The notes under the pieces are model-generated. The model was not told where the DNA came from. It saw only the letters and a program-made list of their open reading frames with translations, and ran no database searches. Shown here in pieces: positions 1 through 8,759 of a DNA stretch of 64,000 nucleotides (position 1 is the first letter of the stretch; each line of letters starts with the position of its first letter). Both the position numbers and the translations under genes were made by a program. Origin of the DNA: Planctomycetota bacterium (GTDB lineage Bacteria > Planctomycetota > J058). The DNA is taken from the NCBI GenBank assembly GCA_019636275.1, contig JAHBXY010000010.1, positions 7,785 to 71,784 on the forward strand, read 5' to 3'.

Positions 1-163
1 CCTGCTCGTCGGTGAGGAACTTGAGCCGGCGCGCCATGGCCACCACGTCGAGCGCGGTGCCGGTGCGCTGGAGCCGGATCTGCTCCTCGAGCGTGCGCTT
101 CACCTGGTCCGAGGTGAGGACCCCCTCGGTGATCAGCCACGCGGTCAGCCGCCGCTCGTCCAT
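1..163 (-). CDS. N-terminus of a protein running off the window (helical N-terminal domain of the type seen on kinases/GspE-like proteins)
   Basis: ATG at 163 on minus strand; reads MDERRLTAWLITEGVLTSDQVKRTLEEQIRLQRTG..., similar in style to the N-terminus of the kinase at 59418. Confidence 0.55.
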   Translation of the reverse strand, partial: MDERRLTAWLITEGVLTSDQVKRTLEEQIRLQRTGTALDVVAMARRLKFLTDEQ

Positions 164-190
164 GACCCCTCCCCGACCCCGCCGCCGCCG

Positions 191-225
191 GCGGCCCCCA
201 GGGATGCTGCAGGCCCGGGGGCCGC
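191..225. terminator. GC-rich hairpin (gcggccccc...gggggccgc)
   Basis: 9-bp perfect inverted repeat in the intergenic region; no U-tract. Confidence 0.3.
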
Positions 226-329
226 GAGGCAAGCGCCTGCGAAGGTCGTCGGCGGTCGGACGTGGATGTCACGTCCCGGCGGCCTCGATGTGGGTACAGA
301 GCGTGTAAATCCTTGCCGTCGGGGCGCCG

Positions 330-495
330 TCAGCTCGTCGGCGGTGGCCCGAGCCTCCAGGGCAGCGGGCGAGGCGAGGGCGACGAGGCCAAGCCGCGGC
401 GGCAGAGCGCCACGGGCGACGACGTCGCGACCTCCTTCGAGCCCGCGCGCGCGCCGCCGCGGCCAGCATCGTCGTCCGCAGCCGTCGAACACATC
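330..495 (-). repeat. Diverged copy of interspersed repeat family 1
   Basis: Contains gcgaggcgagggc and cgcagccgtcgaacac, matching motifs at 7340-7904 and 55866-56054. Confidence 0.55.
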
Positions 496-497
496 AT

Positions 498-1016
498 TCA
501 GGCCAGGACGACCGTCTCGCCGCCCGGCTCGCGCAGGTCGCGCAGCCGGACCTCCGCCCGCGGCGGCGGGCCGGGCTCGGCCTGGAGCTCGCGCACGAGC
601 GCCCGCAGGTCGTCGAGCCCGGGCGGGGCGCCGAGCGCCGGGGCGCAGACGATCGTCGTCCCCTGGCGCGCCGACGGCCCGCGGCGCTCGAGCGAGCGCG
701 TGGGCAGGGCGAACTCGTAGCGCTGGCCCCAGCGCTCGCTGCCGGTGTGGACCTCCACCTCCAGCCACGTGCAGTGCGCGTTGACGCGCGCCAGCGTGTT
801 GACCGGCCCGCGCCGCGGACCGGTGAGGATCACCTCCGCCAGCGGCCGCCCGGAGCGCGGGTGCGGGTGGACCGGCAGGCCCGGGCCGTCGTCGTCGACG
901 CGCACGGCGTCCGCCGACACCTCGACCTCGATCCGCCCGCAGCGGCCCTCGCGCGCCTCGTGCAGGGCGTTGCGCAGGAGGGCCCGCGTGACCGCCGCGA
1001 AGTCGAGCGTCTCCAC
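498..1016 (-). CDS. Stand-alone GHKL ATPase-like protein resembling the GyrB/ParE N-terminal subdomain (degenerate)
   Basis: LRNALHEA (N-box), VDDDGPGLPVHPHP (cf. GyrB VxDxGRGIPxxxHP), ARVNAHC (cf. VVNALS), GTTI; the glycine-rich lid is absent. Confidence 0.65.
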   Translation of the reverse strand: METLDFAAVTRALLRNALHEAREGRCGRIEVEVSADAVRVDDDGPGLPVHPHPRSGRPLAEVILTGPRRGPVNTLARVNAHCTWLEVEVHTGSERWGQRYEFALPTRSLERRGPSARQGTTIVCAPALGAPPGLDDLRALVRELQAEPGPPPRAEVRLRDLREPGGETVVLA

Positions 1017-1107
1017 GCGGGGAGTCTACCCCTCGGCGCCCGGGCGCGCCCGGGCCCGATCAAAGGGCGAACCCGGCCTGTCGGAGGTGGGGGGTAGACT
1101 CGGGCGC

Positions 1108-2298
1108 GTGAACGAGCCGCACCCCGCCGACCCCTGCCCCGAGCTGCCGCCCAGCGACGCCCGCTGGGAGGAGCACCTCGACGCCGACCGCCGCGCCATG
1201 GCGTCGGTCCAGCTCACGACGGAGCTCCTGAACAAGCTCCTGCACCGGCTCGCGGCGACCTGGGTCGACCTCAACTACCGGCACCTGCGCTCGGTCCTGC
1301 GGGCGCCCTCGATCCAGCTCCACGAGGCGGAGCGGCGCTGGGGCGCCTGGCACCCGGGGCGGCGGCTGATCACGATCTCGCGCCGGCAGGTCCTCTGCTA
1401 CACGTGGGGCTCGGTCGTCGAGACGCTCAAGCACGAGATGGCGCACCAGCTCGTCTCGGAGCACATGCACCGCGACTGCGAGGCGCCGCACGGGGCCGCC
1501 TTCCAGGAGGCCTGCCGGCGGCTGGCGTGCGACCCGGCGGCCACGGGCGACGGCGGCGCGTCGCTCCTGCGGCCGGGCGGCGCCGGGCGCGCGGCCGACC
1601 GCGACGACGCGCGGCTCCTGCGCATCCAGAAGCTCCTGGCGCTCGCCGACAACAACCCCGACGAGCACGAGGCCCGCGCGGCGTTCGCGCGCGCCGGCGA
1701 GCTCATGCTCAAGTACAACCTCGAGCCCGGCCGCGGCCCGGCGGGCTACGCGCACCGCCACGTCGGCGCGATGACCGGCCGGGTGCCGCACCACCGCTAC
1801 GTGATCGCCGGGATCCTGCAGGAGTTCTTCTTCGTGCGCTGCATCTGGGTCGAGGGCTACGACGTGGCCCGCGGCGCCCGGGGGCACGTGCTCGAGGTCA
1901 TGGGGACGCCCGAGAACGTCGACATGGCGGAGTACGTGCACGACTGCCTGCTCCGCCAGTGCGAGGCGCTGTGGCAGGCGTTCAAGCGGGCGCGCGGGCT
2001 CAAGGACCGGGCGGCGAAGCGCGAGTACATGGACGGGCTGCTCACGGGCTTCCGGCGGCAGCTCCAGCTCACGACGGCCACGAGCGCCGAGCGCGGGCTC
2101 GTGTGGCTGGGCGACGCGGGGCTGAAGCGGTTCGCGCGGCAGCGCCACCCGCGGACGACGACGAGCCGGCTCGACGGGGTGGCCCCGTCGGCGGTCCGGC
2201 GGGAGGGGGTGGAGGCCGGAGAGCGCATGCGCCTGCACCGGCCTGTCTCCGACAGGGCGGGCGGAGCGGGCGATCGTGGGCGGTTCCTTACTGGTTGA
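1108..2298 (+). CDS. SprT-like zinc metallopeptidase domain + DUF2786-like domain protein
   Basis: HEMAHQ zincin motif, HGAAFQEAC; RIQKLLALADNNPDEHEARAAFARAGELMLKYNL typical of DUF2786; start (GTG 1108 or ATG 1198) uncertain. Confidence 0.8.
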   Translation: MNEPHPADPCPELPPSDARWEEHLDADRRAMASVQLTTELLNKLLHRLAATWVDLNYRHLRSVLRAPSIQLHEAERRWGAWHPGRRLITISRRQVLCYTWGSVVETLKHEMAHQLVSEHMHRDCEAPHGAAFQEACRRLACDPAATGDGGASLLRPGGAGRAADRDDARLLRIQKLLALADNNPDEHEARAAFARAGELMLKYNLEPGRGPAGYAHRHVGAMTGRVPHHRYVIAGILQEFFFVRCIWVEGYDVARGARGHVLEVMGTPENVDMAEYVHDCLLRQCEALWQAFKRARGLKDRAAKREYMDGLLTGFRRQLQLTTATSAERGLVWLGDAGLKRFARQRHPRTTTSRLDGVAPSAVRREGVEAGERMRLHRPVSDRAGGAGDRGRFLTG

Positions 2299-2413
2299 GG
2301 GGGGCGCGCATCCGGTCGCCGACGTTGCTCGGCCTACGGGGGCGATCTATCCTCGCTTCGGCGGGCCGCGCCGGGGTCGGGTGGGGCCACACGCCGTGTC
2401 CCTCGGAGGCCGA

Positions 2414-3034
2414 GTGAGCCCACCGTCCGATCGCCGCGGTCCGCCCCCTCCCGGTCGTCCCGGGCCCGGCTCCGGCCGGGGCGAGCCCCAGCGGCGGCCA
2501 GGGCCGCCGCCTGGCGGCGCGCGGGCGGCGGCACGGACGCCCCCACCAGGCCGATCCGGCCCGGCGCGCCCTCAGCCGCCGCCGCGCCCGGGGCGGTCGG
2601 GCGTCCCAGGCGTCCCCGGGCGGGTGCCGACGAAGCCGCCGGCGCCCGCCGGGCGGCCGGCGACGGGGCGCGCGCGGCCGGTCGAACCTGCCGAGCCGGC
2701 GCGGCCCAAGGCGTTCGAGATCCGCCGCGGGAAGGCCAACCCCGAGGCCGACGCCGAGGAGAGGGAGGGGCCCCTCGGGGCGGTGCTGCTCCCGCGCTCG
2801 ATCACGCAGGAGGCCGAGGAGGAGCGCCTCAAGGAGCGCTTCGGCGTCGACCACCTGCCCGAGACGCAGGCGGTCAACTCTCTCGTGCGCATGACGGAGT
2901 CGCAGGGCACGCTCGGGCCCGACCGGTCGCGCCGGCGCCTGCTCCTCCTCGTCCTCGTGCTCCTCGCCGGCGCCGCCGGGGCCTTGTACTTCGCGCACGA
3001 GCGCGGGCTCCTGCAGGGCCTCCTGCCGCCGTGA
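2414..3034 (+). CDS. Proline-rich protein with C-terminal transmembrane helix
   Basis: GGAGG then GTG at 2414; hydrophobic LLLLVLVLLAGAAGALYF near the C-terminus. Confidence 0.6.
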   Translation: MSPPSDRRGPPPPGRPGPGSGRGEPQRRPGPPPGGARAAARTPPPGRSGPARPQPPPRPGRSGVPGVPGRVPTKPPAPAGRPATGRARPVEPAEPARPKAFEIRRGKANPEADAEEREGPLGAVLLPRSITQEAEEERLKERFGVDHLPETQAVNSLVRMTESQGTLGPDRSRRRLLLLVLVLLAGAAGALYFAHERGLLQGLLPP

Positions 3035-3086
3035 AGCCCGCGGCGCTGGCCTGGTCCCATGGGCAGGGGGGTGCTAGAGTCCGCGC

Positions 3087-4067
3087 GTGAGCAACGACCA
3101 CGAGTTCAGCTACCACCTGATCGAGGAGCGCGAGTTCCGCGAGCGCTTCCTCCCGGCGGTCCAGGGCAACGAGCCGATCGTCCGCGAGATCCTGGACGCG
3201 TGCGACGCCTCGGGCCCCTCCTGGACGGCGCTGCACAAGCTCTTCGACGAGACGCGCGTGACGTGGCAGCGCGCCGTCGAGTCGGACGACGGCGAGCAGG
3301 CGCAGCGCTCGCTCTTCCCCGCCTTCGCCCGCGTCGTGGCGCACCTGCGCCCGGCGTTCGTCGTGCGCGGCTTCGGACTCTCGGCGCTCGAGCCGGCGGC
3401 GCCCGACCTGGCGCGGCGGGTCCAGTCGCCGGGGCTGCTCCTGCGCGACACCGACGGGCAGGTCCTGGCGGGCGTGACGGCCACCCTGCCGGGCCGCGTC
3501 CCCGCGCGCTGCCTGCCGGGGCGCAGCGGCGGCGGGTTCATCCCGCGCGACGAGGTGCGGCCCTTCCTCGACGCGTTCCGCGCGGCCCTGCCGCGCCTGG
3601 TCGACGCCCTCGGTCCGGCGGCGGAGCCCGGGCTGACGGTGCTCCTCTCGGCCCTCGTCGAGGCCAAGCTGCAGGAGTGCGCCCTGCTCGAGGCCTCCGA
3701 GGCGCTCGTCGGCGACACCCACCTGCCGCGCAACCACAAGCTGGCCTTCGAGCGCCCGGCCGACCTCCCGCCGGCGGTCCGCCGCGAGGTGGCGCGCGCC
3801 TTCGGCCGCGACGAGCCGCCCCCGCCGCAGGAGGAGCGGGCGCCGGCGCCGGCGCCCGCCCCCGAGGTCGTGGCCTACACGCCGCGCGGCTCCTACAACG
3901 TCGGCCAGCGCCTCCAGCACAAGGCGTTCGGCACGGGCGAGGTGGTGCAGGTCCTCGACAGCCGCCGCCTGAAGGTGCGCTTCTCGGACGACGAGAAGAC
4001 GCTCGTGCAGGGCCTGCCGGGCGGCGGCGGCGCCCAGCGCCAGGACGACGGACGACAAGGCGAGTAG
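3087..4067 (+). CDS. Hypothetical protein with C-terminal Tudor/SH3-like (DUF3553-like) domain
   Basis: Good codon pattern; C-terminal YNVGQRLQHKAFGTGEVVQVLDSRRLKVRF. Confidence 0.7.
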   Translation: MSNDHEFSYHLIEEREFRERFLPAVQGNEPIVREILDACDASGPSWTALHKLFDETRVTWQRAVESDDGEQAQRSLFPAFARVVAHLRPAFVVRGFGLSALEPAAPDLARRVQSPGLLLRDTDGQVLAGVTATLPGRVPARCLPGRSGGGFIPRDEVRPFLDAFRAALPRLVDALGPAAEPGLTVLLSALVEAKLQECALLEASEALVGDTHLPRNHKLAFERPADLPPAVRREVARAFGRDEPPPPQEERAPAPAPAPEVVAYTPRGSYNVGQRLQHKAFGTGEVVQVLDSRRLKVRFSDDEKTLVQGLPGGGGAQRQDDGRQGE

Positions 4068-4082
4068 GGTCCTCCCCTCCGC

Positions 4083-4154
4083 CGCCGGGTCGTCGAAACG
4101 GTAAGACGTGGGTCTTTGAAGCCCGAGATGCAGGTTCGACCCCTGCCCCGGCGA
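4083..4154 (+). tRNA. tRNA-Gln (TTG)
   Basis: Cloverleaf: acceptor CGCCGGG/CCCGGCG, D arm GTC..GAC, anticodon loop CTTTGAA, T arm GCAGG-TTCGACC-CCTGC; no encoded CCA. Confidence 0.85.
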
Positions 4155-4190
4155 ACCGGGCGCGCTGCCGGGCCGAGCGACGGCCCGCGC

Positions 4191-5375
4191 GTGCTCGTCG
4201 TGGCCCCGCTCTACCACACCGACCGCGGCGGCCTCGGCCGCCAGGCCGTGCTCCTCACCGAGCGCCTGGCCGCGCTGGGGGCGCGCGCCACGGTCGTCAC
4301 CCGGCGCATGACCGGCCTCCCGCCGCGCGCCTGGTCGCCCGACGTGCGGCGGGTCGAGGTCGCCGCCGGCCGCGAGGGCGTGCACAACTACGAGGCGCCG
4401 ACGCTCGAGAACCTCGTCACGTCCCTGCGCTTCTCGGCCGGGCTGGCGGCGGCGCTCGTGCGCGAGCGCCGCGCCTTCGACGTCGTCCACGTGCACGGCG
4501 CCAGCGTCCCCCTGGTCGTGGCCTTGCCGGTGGCGCGCGGCCTGGGCAAGCGCGTCGTGGCCAAGGTCGCGGCGCTGGGGCAGGGGGTCGAGGCGGGCGA
4601 CCTGCGCCGCCGCTACGGGCCGCTCGGGCGCGGCCTGGCCTGGTGGCTGTCGGGCGTCGACGCGTGGGTGGCGACGACGGCCGAGATCGCCGCCGCGCTC
4701 GAGGGCGAGGGCTACCCGGCGGCGCGCGTCGCCCGGGTGCCGAACTTCGTCGACACCGACCTGTTCCGGCCCGCGCCCGCGGGCGAGCGCGCGGCCCTGC
4801 GCGCGGCCCTGGGCCTCGGCCCCGGGCCGGTCGTCGTGCACTCGGGGCGCCTCACCGCGAGGAAGAACGTCGACCTGCTGCTCGAGGCGTTCGCGCGCGC
4901 CGCCGCGCGCACGGGGGGCGCGCGGCCGACGCTGGTGCTCCTCGGCGACGGCCCGCTGCGGCAGGCGCTCGAGGCGCGCGCCGCCCGGCCGGACCTGGCC
5001 GGCCTCGTCCGCTTCGAGGGCTTCCGCGAGGACGTGCCGCGCTGGCTCGCCGCCGCCGACGTCCTGGCCTTGCCCTCGCGCCTGGAGGGCTTCCCCAACG
5101 CCCTGCTGGAAGGGATGGCCGCCGGGCTTCCGGCGGTCGCCACGTCGATCGGCGGCTGCCGCGAGGCGATCACCGACGGCGAGGAGGGCCTGCTCGTCGC
5201 GCCCGACGACGCCGCGGCGCTCGAGGCCGGCCTCGCGCGCCTCCTCGGCGACGCCGCCCTCCGCGCCCGCCTCGGGGCGGCCGCCGCGCGCGCCGTCGCC
5301 GCGCGCTTCACGCTCGACGCCGTCGCCCCGCGCTACCTCGAGCTCTACCGGCGGCTGCTCGACGACGGCCCGTAG
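4191..5375 (+). CDS. Glycosyltransferase family 4
   Basis: SGRLTARKN, DVLALPSRLEGFPNALLEGMAAGLPAVAT motifs; start placed after the tRNA. Confidence 0.9.
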   Translation: MLVVAPLYHTDRGGLGRQAVLLTERLAALGARATVVTRRMTGLPPRAWSPDVRRVEVAAGREGVHNYEAPTLENLVTSLRFSAGLAAALVRERRAFDVVHVHGASVPLVVALPVARGLGKRVVAKVAALGQGVEAGDLRRRYGPLGRGLAWWLSGVDAWVATTAEIAAALEGEGYPAARVARVPNFVDTDLFRPAPAGERAALRAALGLGPGPVVVHSGRLTARKNVDLLLEAFARAAARTGGARPTLVLLGDGPLRQALEARAARPDLAGLVRFEGFREDVPRWLAAADVLALPSRLEGFPNALLEGMAAGLPAVATSIGGCREAITDGEEGLLVAPDDAAALEAGLARLLGDAALRARLGAAAARAVAARFTLDAVAPRYLELYRRLLDDGP

Positions 5376-6175
5376 AGGCGCCGGCTCGCCGGCCGCGCGA
5401 GCGAGAGCGCGCGCACGGCCAGGAGGGCGGGCGAGGCGCGGCGGTCGACGACCACGGCGCCGAGGGCGGCGGCGCGCGCGCGGGCCGCCGCGTCGTCCTC
5501 GGGGCAGACGATCACCGCCGGCGTCCGCGGGGCGAGCTCGCGCAGCTCCGCCAGGGCGTCGAGCCCGTCGAGGCGGGGCAGGCGGCCGTCGGCCACGAGC
5601 ACGTCCGGCGCGCCGTGGCGGACCGTGGCGCCGAGCGCCTCGAGCAGCTCGAGCCCGTCGCCGACGCCGACCACCGTCGCGCCGCGCACCTCGAGCTCGG
5701 CGACGATCGCCGCGCGGCGGAGGTCGCCCTCGGTCGCCACGACCGCCGTCGTCGAGGCGGGGGCCGACAGGGCCGTCGGCGCGCGGCGCCGCTCGACGCG
5801 CGCCCGCGCCCGGCCGACGGCGCCGCGCAGACCCTCGACGTCGCGCGGGTCGTGCACGACCTCGACCCCGGCCAGCCGCGGGTCGAGGGAGCGCGGGGCC
5901 GCCCCGACGACGAGGACGAGGCCCGGCGAGCGCGGGGAGGCGCGCACCTCGGCGAGCAGGGGCTGGACGCCCGGCGTGTCCAGGTCCGCCACGATCACGT
6001 CGACGGGCGACGCGTCTCCCATGCGCGCGGCGACCAGGCACCAGAGGACCTCGTCCGCGCTGGCGGCCTCGGCGACGGCCCGGCCGTCGTCCTCGAGCGC
6101 CGCGGCGTAGGAGTTGCGGAGCACGAAGCTCGGGGAGACGAGGAGCGCGCGCCCGCCGGCCTCGCGCGGGGACAT
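5345..6175 (-). CDS. Protein with two degenerate receiver (REC) domains, paralog 1
   Basis: DVIVADL and DVLVADGRLPRLDGL REC cores; acidic pocket replaced by VSPS. Confidence 0.7.
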   Translation of the reverse strand: MSPREAGGRALLVSPSFVLRNSYAAALEDDGRAVAEAASADEVLWCLVAARMGDASPVDVIVADLDTPGVQPLLAEVRASPRSPGLVLVVGAAPRSLDPRLAGVEVVHDPRDVEGLRGAVGRARARVERRRAPTALSAPASTTAVVATEGDLRRAAIVAELEVRGATVVGVGDGLELLEALGATVRHGAPDVLVADGRLPRLDGLDALAELRELAPRTPAVIVCPEDDAAARARAAALGAVVVDRRASPALLAVRALSLARPASRRLYGPSSSSRR

Positions 6176-6207
6176 GAGTCCTCCGTTCCTCCGCCCGGCT
6201 CCCAGGA

Positions 6208-6223
6208 AGCAGGCCGAGTGCCG
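6208..6223 (-). promoter_or_regulatory. Candidate sigma54 -24/-12 promoter
   Basis: Minus strand CGGCACTCGGCCTGCT, GG-N10-GC spacing matching TGGCAC-N5-TTGC. Confidence 0.5.
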
Positions 6224-6329
6224 CTCGCAAGCCTCCGCCTTGGCAGTCTCCGCGGAGACCCACGCGGACCCGCTGCGCGGCGGAGTCCGCGGCCGTGAAC
6301 GGTCTCGCGGTCCGCGTCGACCCGCTCCG

Positions 6330-7154
6330 TCACCCCTGCCGCGCGCCGCGCACCGGCGCCACGCTGCGTGGCGTCCGCCCGGTGGCGGGCCGGCGGAGCG
6401 ACAGCGCGCGGGCGGCCAGGAGGGCGGGGGCGGCGCGCCGGTCGATCAGCACGGCCCCGAGCGCCGCCGCGCGGTCGCTGGCGTCGGCGTCGTCCTCGCG
6501 GGCGACGACGAGGGCCGGCGCGCGCCCCTCGAGCTCGGCGAGGGCGTCGAGCCCGTCGAGGCGCGGCAGGCGCGCGTCGGTCACGAGCACGTCGGGCGCC
6601 CAGCCCGGGGCGAGGCCCACGTTGGCGCCGAGCACCTCGAGCAGCTCGAGGCCGTCGGGCACGTCGATCACCGAGGCGCCGCGCGCCTCGAGCTCCGCGG
6701 CGACCCCCGCCCGCCGCGCGTCGCCCTCGAGCGCGGCGACGACGAGCGCCGGGCGCGGCGACCGCCGGCACACGAGGGCCCGCCCCACGGCCTCGCGCAG
6801 GCCCGTGAGGTCGCGCGCGTCGGCAACGAGGTCGACCTCGGCCATCCGCGGGTCGAGCAGCGCCGGCGGGAACCGCCCGGGCCGCACGACGAGGACCACC
6901 GCCGGCGGCCGCGCCGACGCCCGCACCTCGGAGAGGAGCGCCTGCACGCCCGGCGTGGCCAGGTCGGCGACGATCACGTCGATCGGCGGCGCGTCGCCCG
7001 TGCGCGCGGCGACGAGGCACCAGAGCACCTCGTCGGCCGTCGCCGCCTCGGTGACGGCGTGCCCGTCCTCGGAGAGCGCGGTGGCGTGAGCGCTGCGGAG
7101 CACGAAGCTCGGCGACACGACGAGCGCCCGTCGCCGGCCAACGTTCCGCGCCAT
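6330..7154 (-). CDS. Protein with two degenerate receiver domains, paralog 2
   Basis: Colinear and highly similar to 5345-6175; SD GGAGAGG before ATG 7154. Confidence 0.75.
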   Translation of the reverse strand: MARNVGRRRALVVSPSFVLRSAHATALSEDGHAVTEAATADEVLWCLVAARTGDAPPIDVIVADLATPGVQALLSEVRASARPPAVVLVVRPGRFPPALLDPRMAEVDLVADARDLTGLREAVGRALVCRRSPRPALVVAALEGDARRAGVAAELEARGASVIDVPDGLELLEVLGANVGLAPGWAPDVLVTDARLPRLDGLDALAELEGRAPALVVAREDDADASDRAAALGAVLIDRRAAPALLAARALSLRRPATGRTPRSVAPVRGARQG

Positions 7155-7190
7155 GGACCTCTCCTCTCCTCCTCCGCCGTCCGTCTCCGC

Positions 7191-7206
7191 AGCAGGCGCG
7201 GTGCCA
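7191..7206 (-). promoter_or_regulatory. Candidate sigma54 -24/-12 promoter
   Basis: Minus strand TGGCACCGCGCCTGCT; same relative position as the motif at 6208. Confidence 0.6.
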
Positions 7207-7339
7207 GCAGCGCGGTGCCTGGCCAGGCGCGCACTTGCGAGGGCGGCGAGGCGGGAGTGGGATCCTGCGCGGAGGCGCTCCGCGGCCGAGTCCGCGGGGC
7301 GGCGTCCAGGACCTGGCACGCTCGAGCCACCGGCGCACC

Positions 7340-7540
7340 GGAACCACGAGCGAGGCGAGGGCACGGCCGAGGCGAGGGGGGACCGCGCGCGGGTGGCCTC
7401 GATCGCCGGCTCCCCGGTGGGCCGGAGCGGACGGCCGCGAGCGGTCGGCAGCCGGGGGCCGGAGCTCGCGGAGGCGGGCCACACCGACGACCCGCGCGCC
7501 CCCCTCATTCGGCATCCGCGGTCGCAGCCGTCGATCACAC
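7340..7540 (-). repeat. Interspersed repeat family 1, copy
   Basis: From ggaaccacgagcgaggcgaggg to cgcagccgtcgatcacac; internal block ggagctcgcggaggcgggccacaccgacgacccgcgcgc shared with the next copy. Confidence 0.8.
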
Positions 7541-7597
7541 CAGGGCCTGTCTTCAAGACACGAAACGTGTGATCGACACGCGCGAACCGAGTGGAAT

Positions 7598-7904
7598 GGA
7601 ACCACGACCCAGGCGAGGGCGCGGAGGCCGAGGCGAGGGGGGAGCGCGCGCGGGTCGTATCAGACGCCCTGATCCCCGGTGGGCCGCCGGAGCGAGCGAG
7701 AGACCCGCGGCTGCGGACGGCCGCGAGCGGTAGGGTCCGCCTGGCTGCAGCGCCGCAGCCGCGGGACGGAGCTCGCGGAGGCGGGCCACACCGACGACCC
7801 GCGCGCGCCCCCCCTCGCCCCGTCGTGCGAAGCACGACGTCTCAGCCGTCGAAGCGGATCGAGCGGGCCGGGTTTGCCTCCGCGGCCGCAGCCGTCGATC
7901 ACAC
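7598..7904 (-). repeat. Interspersed repeat family 1, longer copy
   Basis: Same termini and internal block; includes hairpin gtcgtgc-gaa-gcacgac; end overlaps the stop codon of the BKACE gene. Confidence 0.8.
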
Positions 7905-8759
7905 CAGCCGCAGGAGCGCCCGGGCCTCGGCCGGGCTGGCCACCTCGCGGCCGACCTCGCGCGCGACGCGCGCCAGCGCCTCGACCAGCGCGCCGTTGCC
8001 GGGGGTCTTCTCGCCGCTCGGCAGGTAGAAGGTGTCCTCGACGCCGGTGCGCAGGTGCCCGCCGAGCTCGGCCGCGCGCCGGTGGAGCGGCCACACGTCC
8101 TGGCGGCCGATCGCGGTCACCTGCCAGGTGCTGCCCGGCCGCGCGTAGCGCGCGAGCAGCGGCAGGAGGTCGGGGTCCGCGGGCATGCCCGAGGCCACGC
8201 CCATGACGAAGTTGTACTCCGGGTCCTCCGTGAGGCCGACGTCGACGAAGAGCCCGACCGAGCGCACGATCCCCACGTCGAAGCACTCGAACTCGGGCCG
8301 CGCGCCGACGGCCTTCATGGCCACGAGCATGGCCTCGACCTTCTCCACCGGGTTGTCGAAGACGAGCGGCGGCCAGGCCCAGGCGCCCTTCGACCCGACC
8401 TTGAGGTAGTTGAGGCTCCCCGCGTTGGCGGCCGCGACCTCGGGCCGGATCCGCGCCAGGCAGGCCAGCGGCCCCGAGACGTCGGGGCCGATCACGCCGG
8501 TGGTCATGTTGATGATCACGCCCGGGCAGGCGGCGCGGATCGCGTCCGTGATCGCCGCGGCGACGTCGGGCTCCCAGCTCGGCAGGTGGCCCAGGCCGGG
8601 CTCCTGGCGGCGGAAGTGCACGTGCATGATCGCGGCGCCGGCGTCGAACGCCTCGCGCGCCGAGCGCGCCATCTCCTCGGGCGTCACCGGCACCGGGTGC
8701 TGCTGCGGGTTGGTGAGCACGCCCGTGAGCGCGCACGTGAGCACGGCCTTGTCGGTCAT
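7899..8759 (-). CDS. Beta-keto acid cleavage family enzyme (BKACE/DUF849, Kce-like)
   Basis: [38 protein letters not shown] motifs. Confidence 0.9.
   Translation of the reverse strand: MTDKAVLTCALTGVLTNPQQHPVPVTPEEMARSAREAFDAGAAIMHVHFRRQEPGLGHLPSWEPDVAAAITDAIRAACPGVIINMTTGVIGPDVSGPLACLARIRPEVAAANAGSLNYLKVGSKGAWAWPPLVFDNPVEKVEAMLVAMKAVGARPEFECFDVGIVRSVGLFVDVGLTEDPEYNFVMGVASGMPADPDLLPLLARYARPGSTWQVTAIGRQDVWPLHRRAAELGGHLRTGVEDTFYLPSGEKTPGNGALVEALARVAREVGREVASPAEARALLRLV

Noticed and set aside
4116-4190. N-terminal extension of the GT4 ORF
   Set aside because: It overlaps the tRNA-Gln cloverleaf; the GT-like sequence starts at about 4191.
2874-6298. Very long ORFs on both strands (1129 aa, 1079 aa) and similar ones (8055-11063, 36658-40884, 52755-56774 as a whole)
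   Set aside because: Arg/Gly/Pro-rich shadow frames caused by the very high GC content; they overlap well-supported genes in other frames.
7340-7904. Repeats as a CRISPR array
   Set aside because: Copies are long, irregularly spaced and dispersed across the window, with no constant-length spacers.
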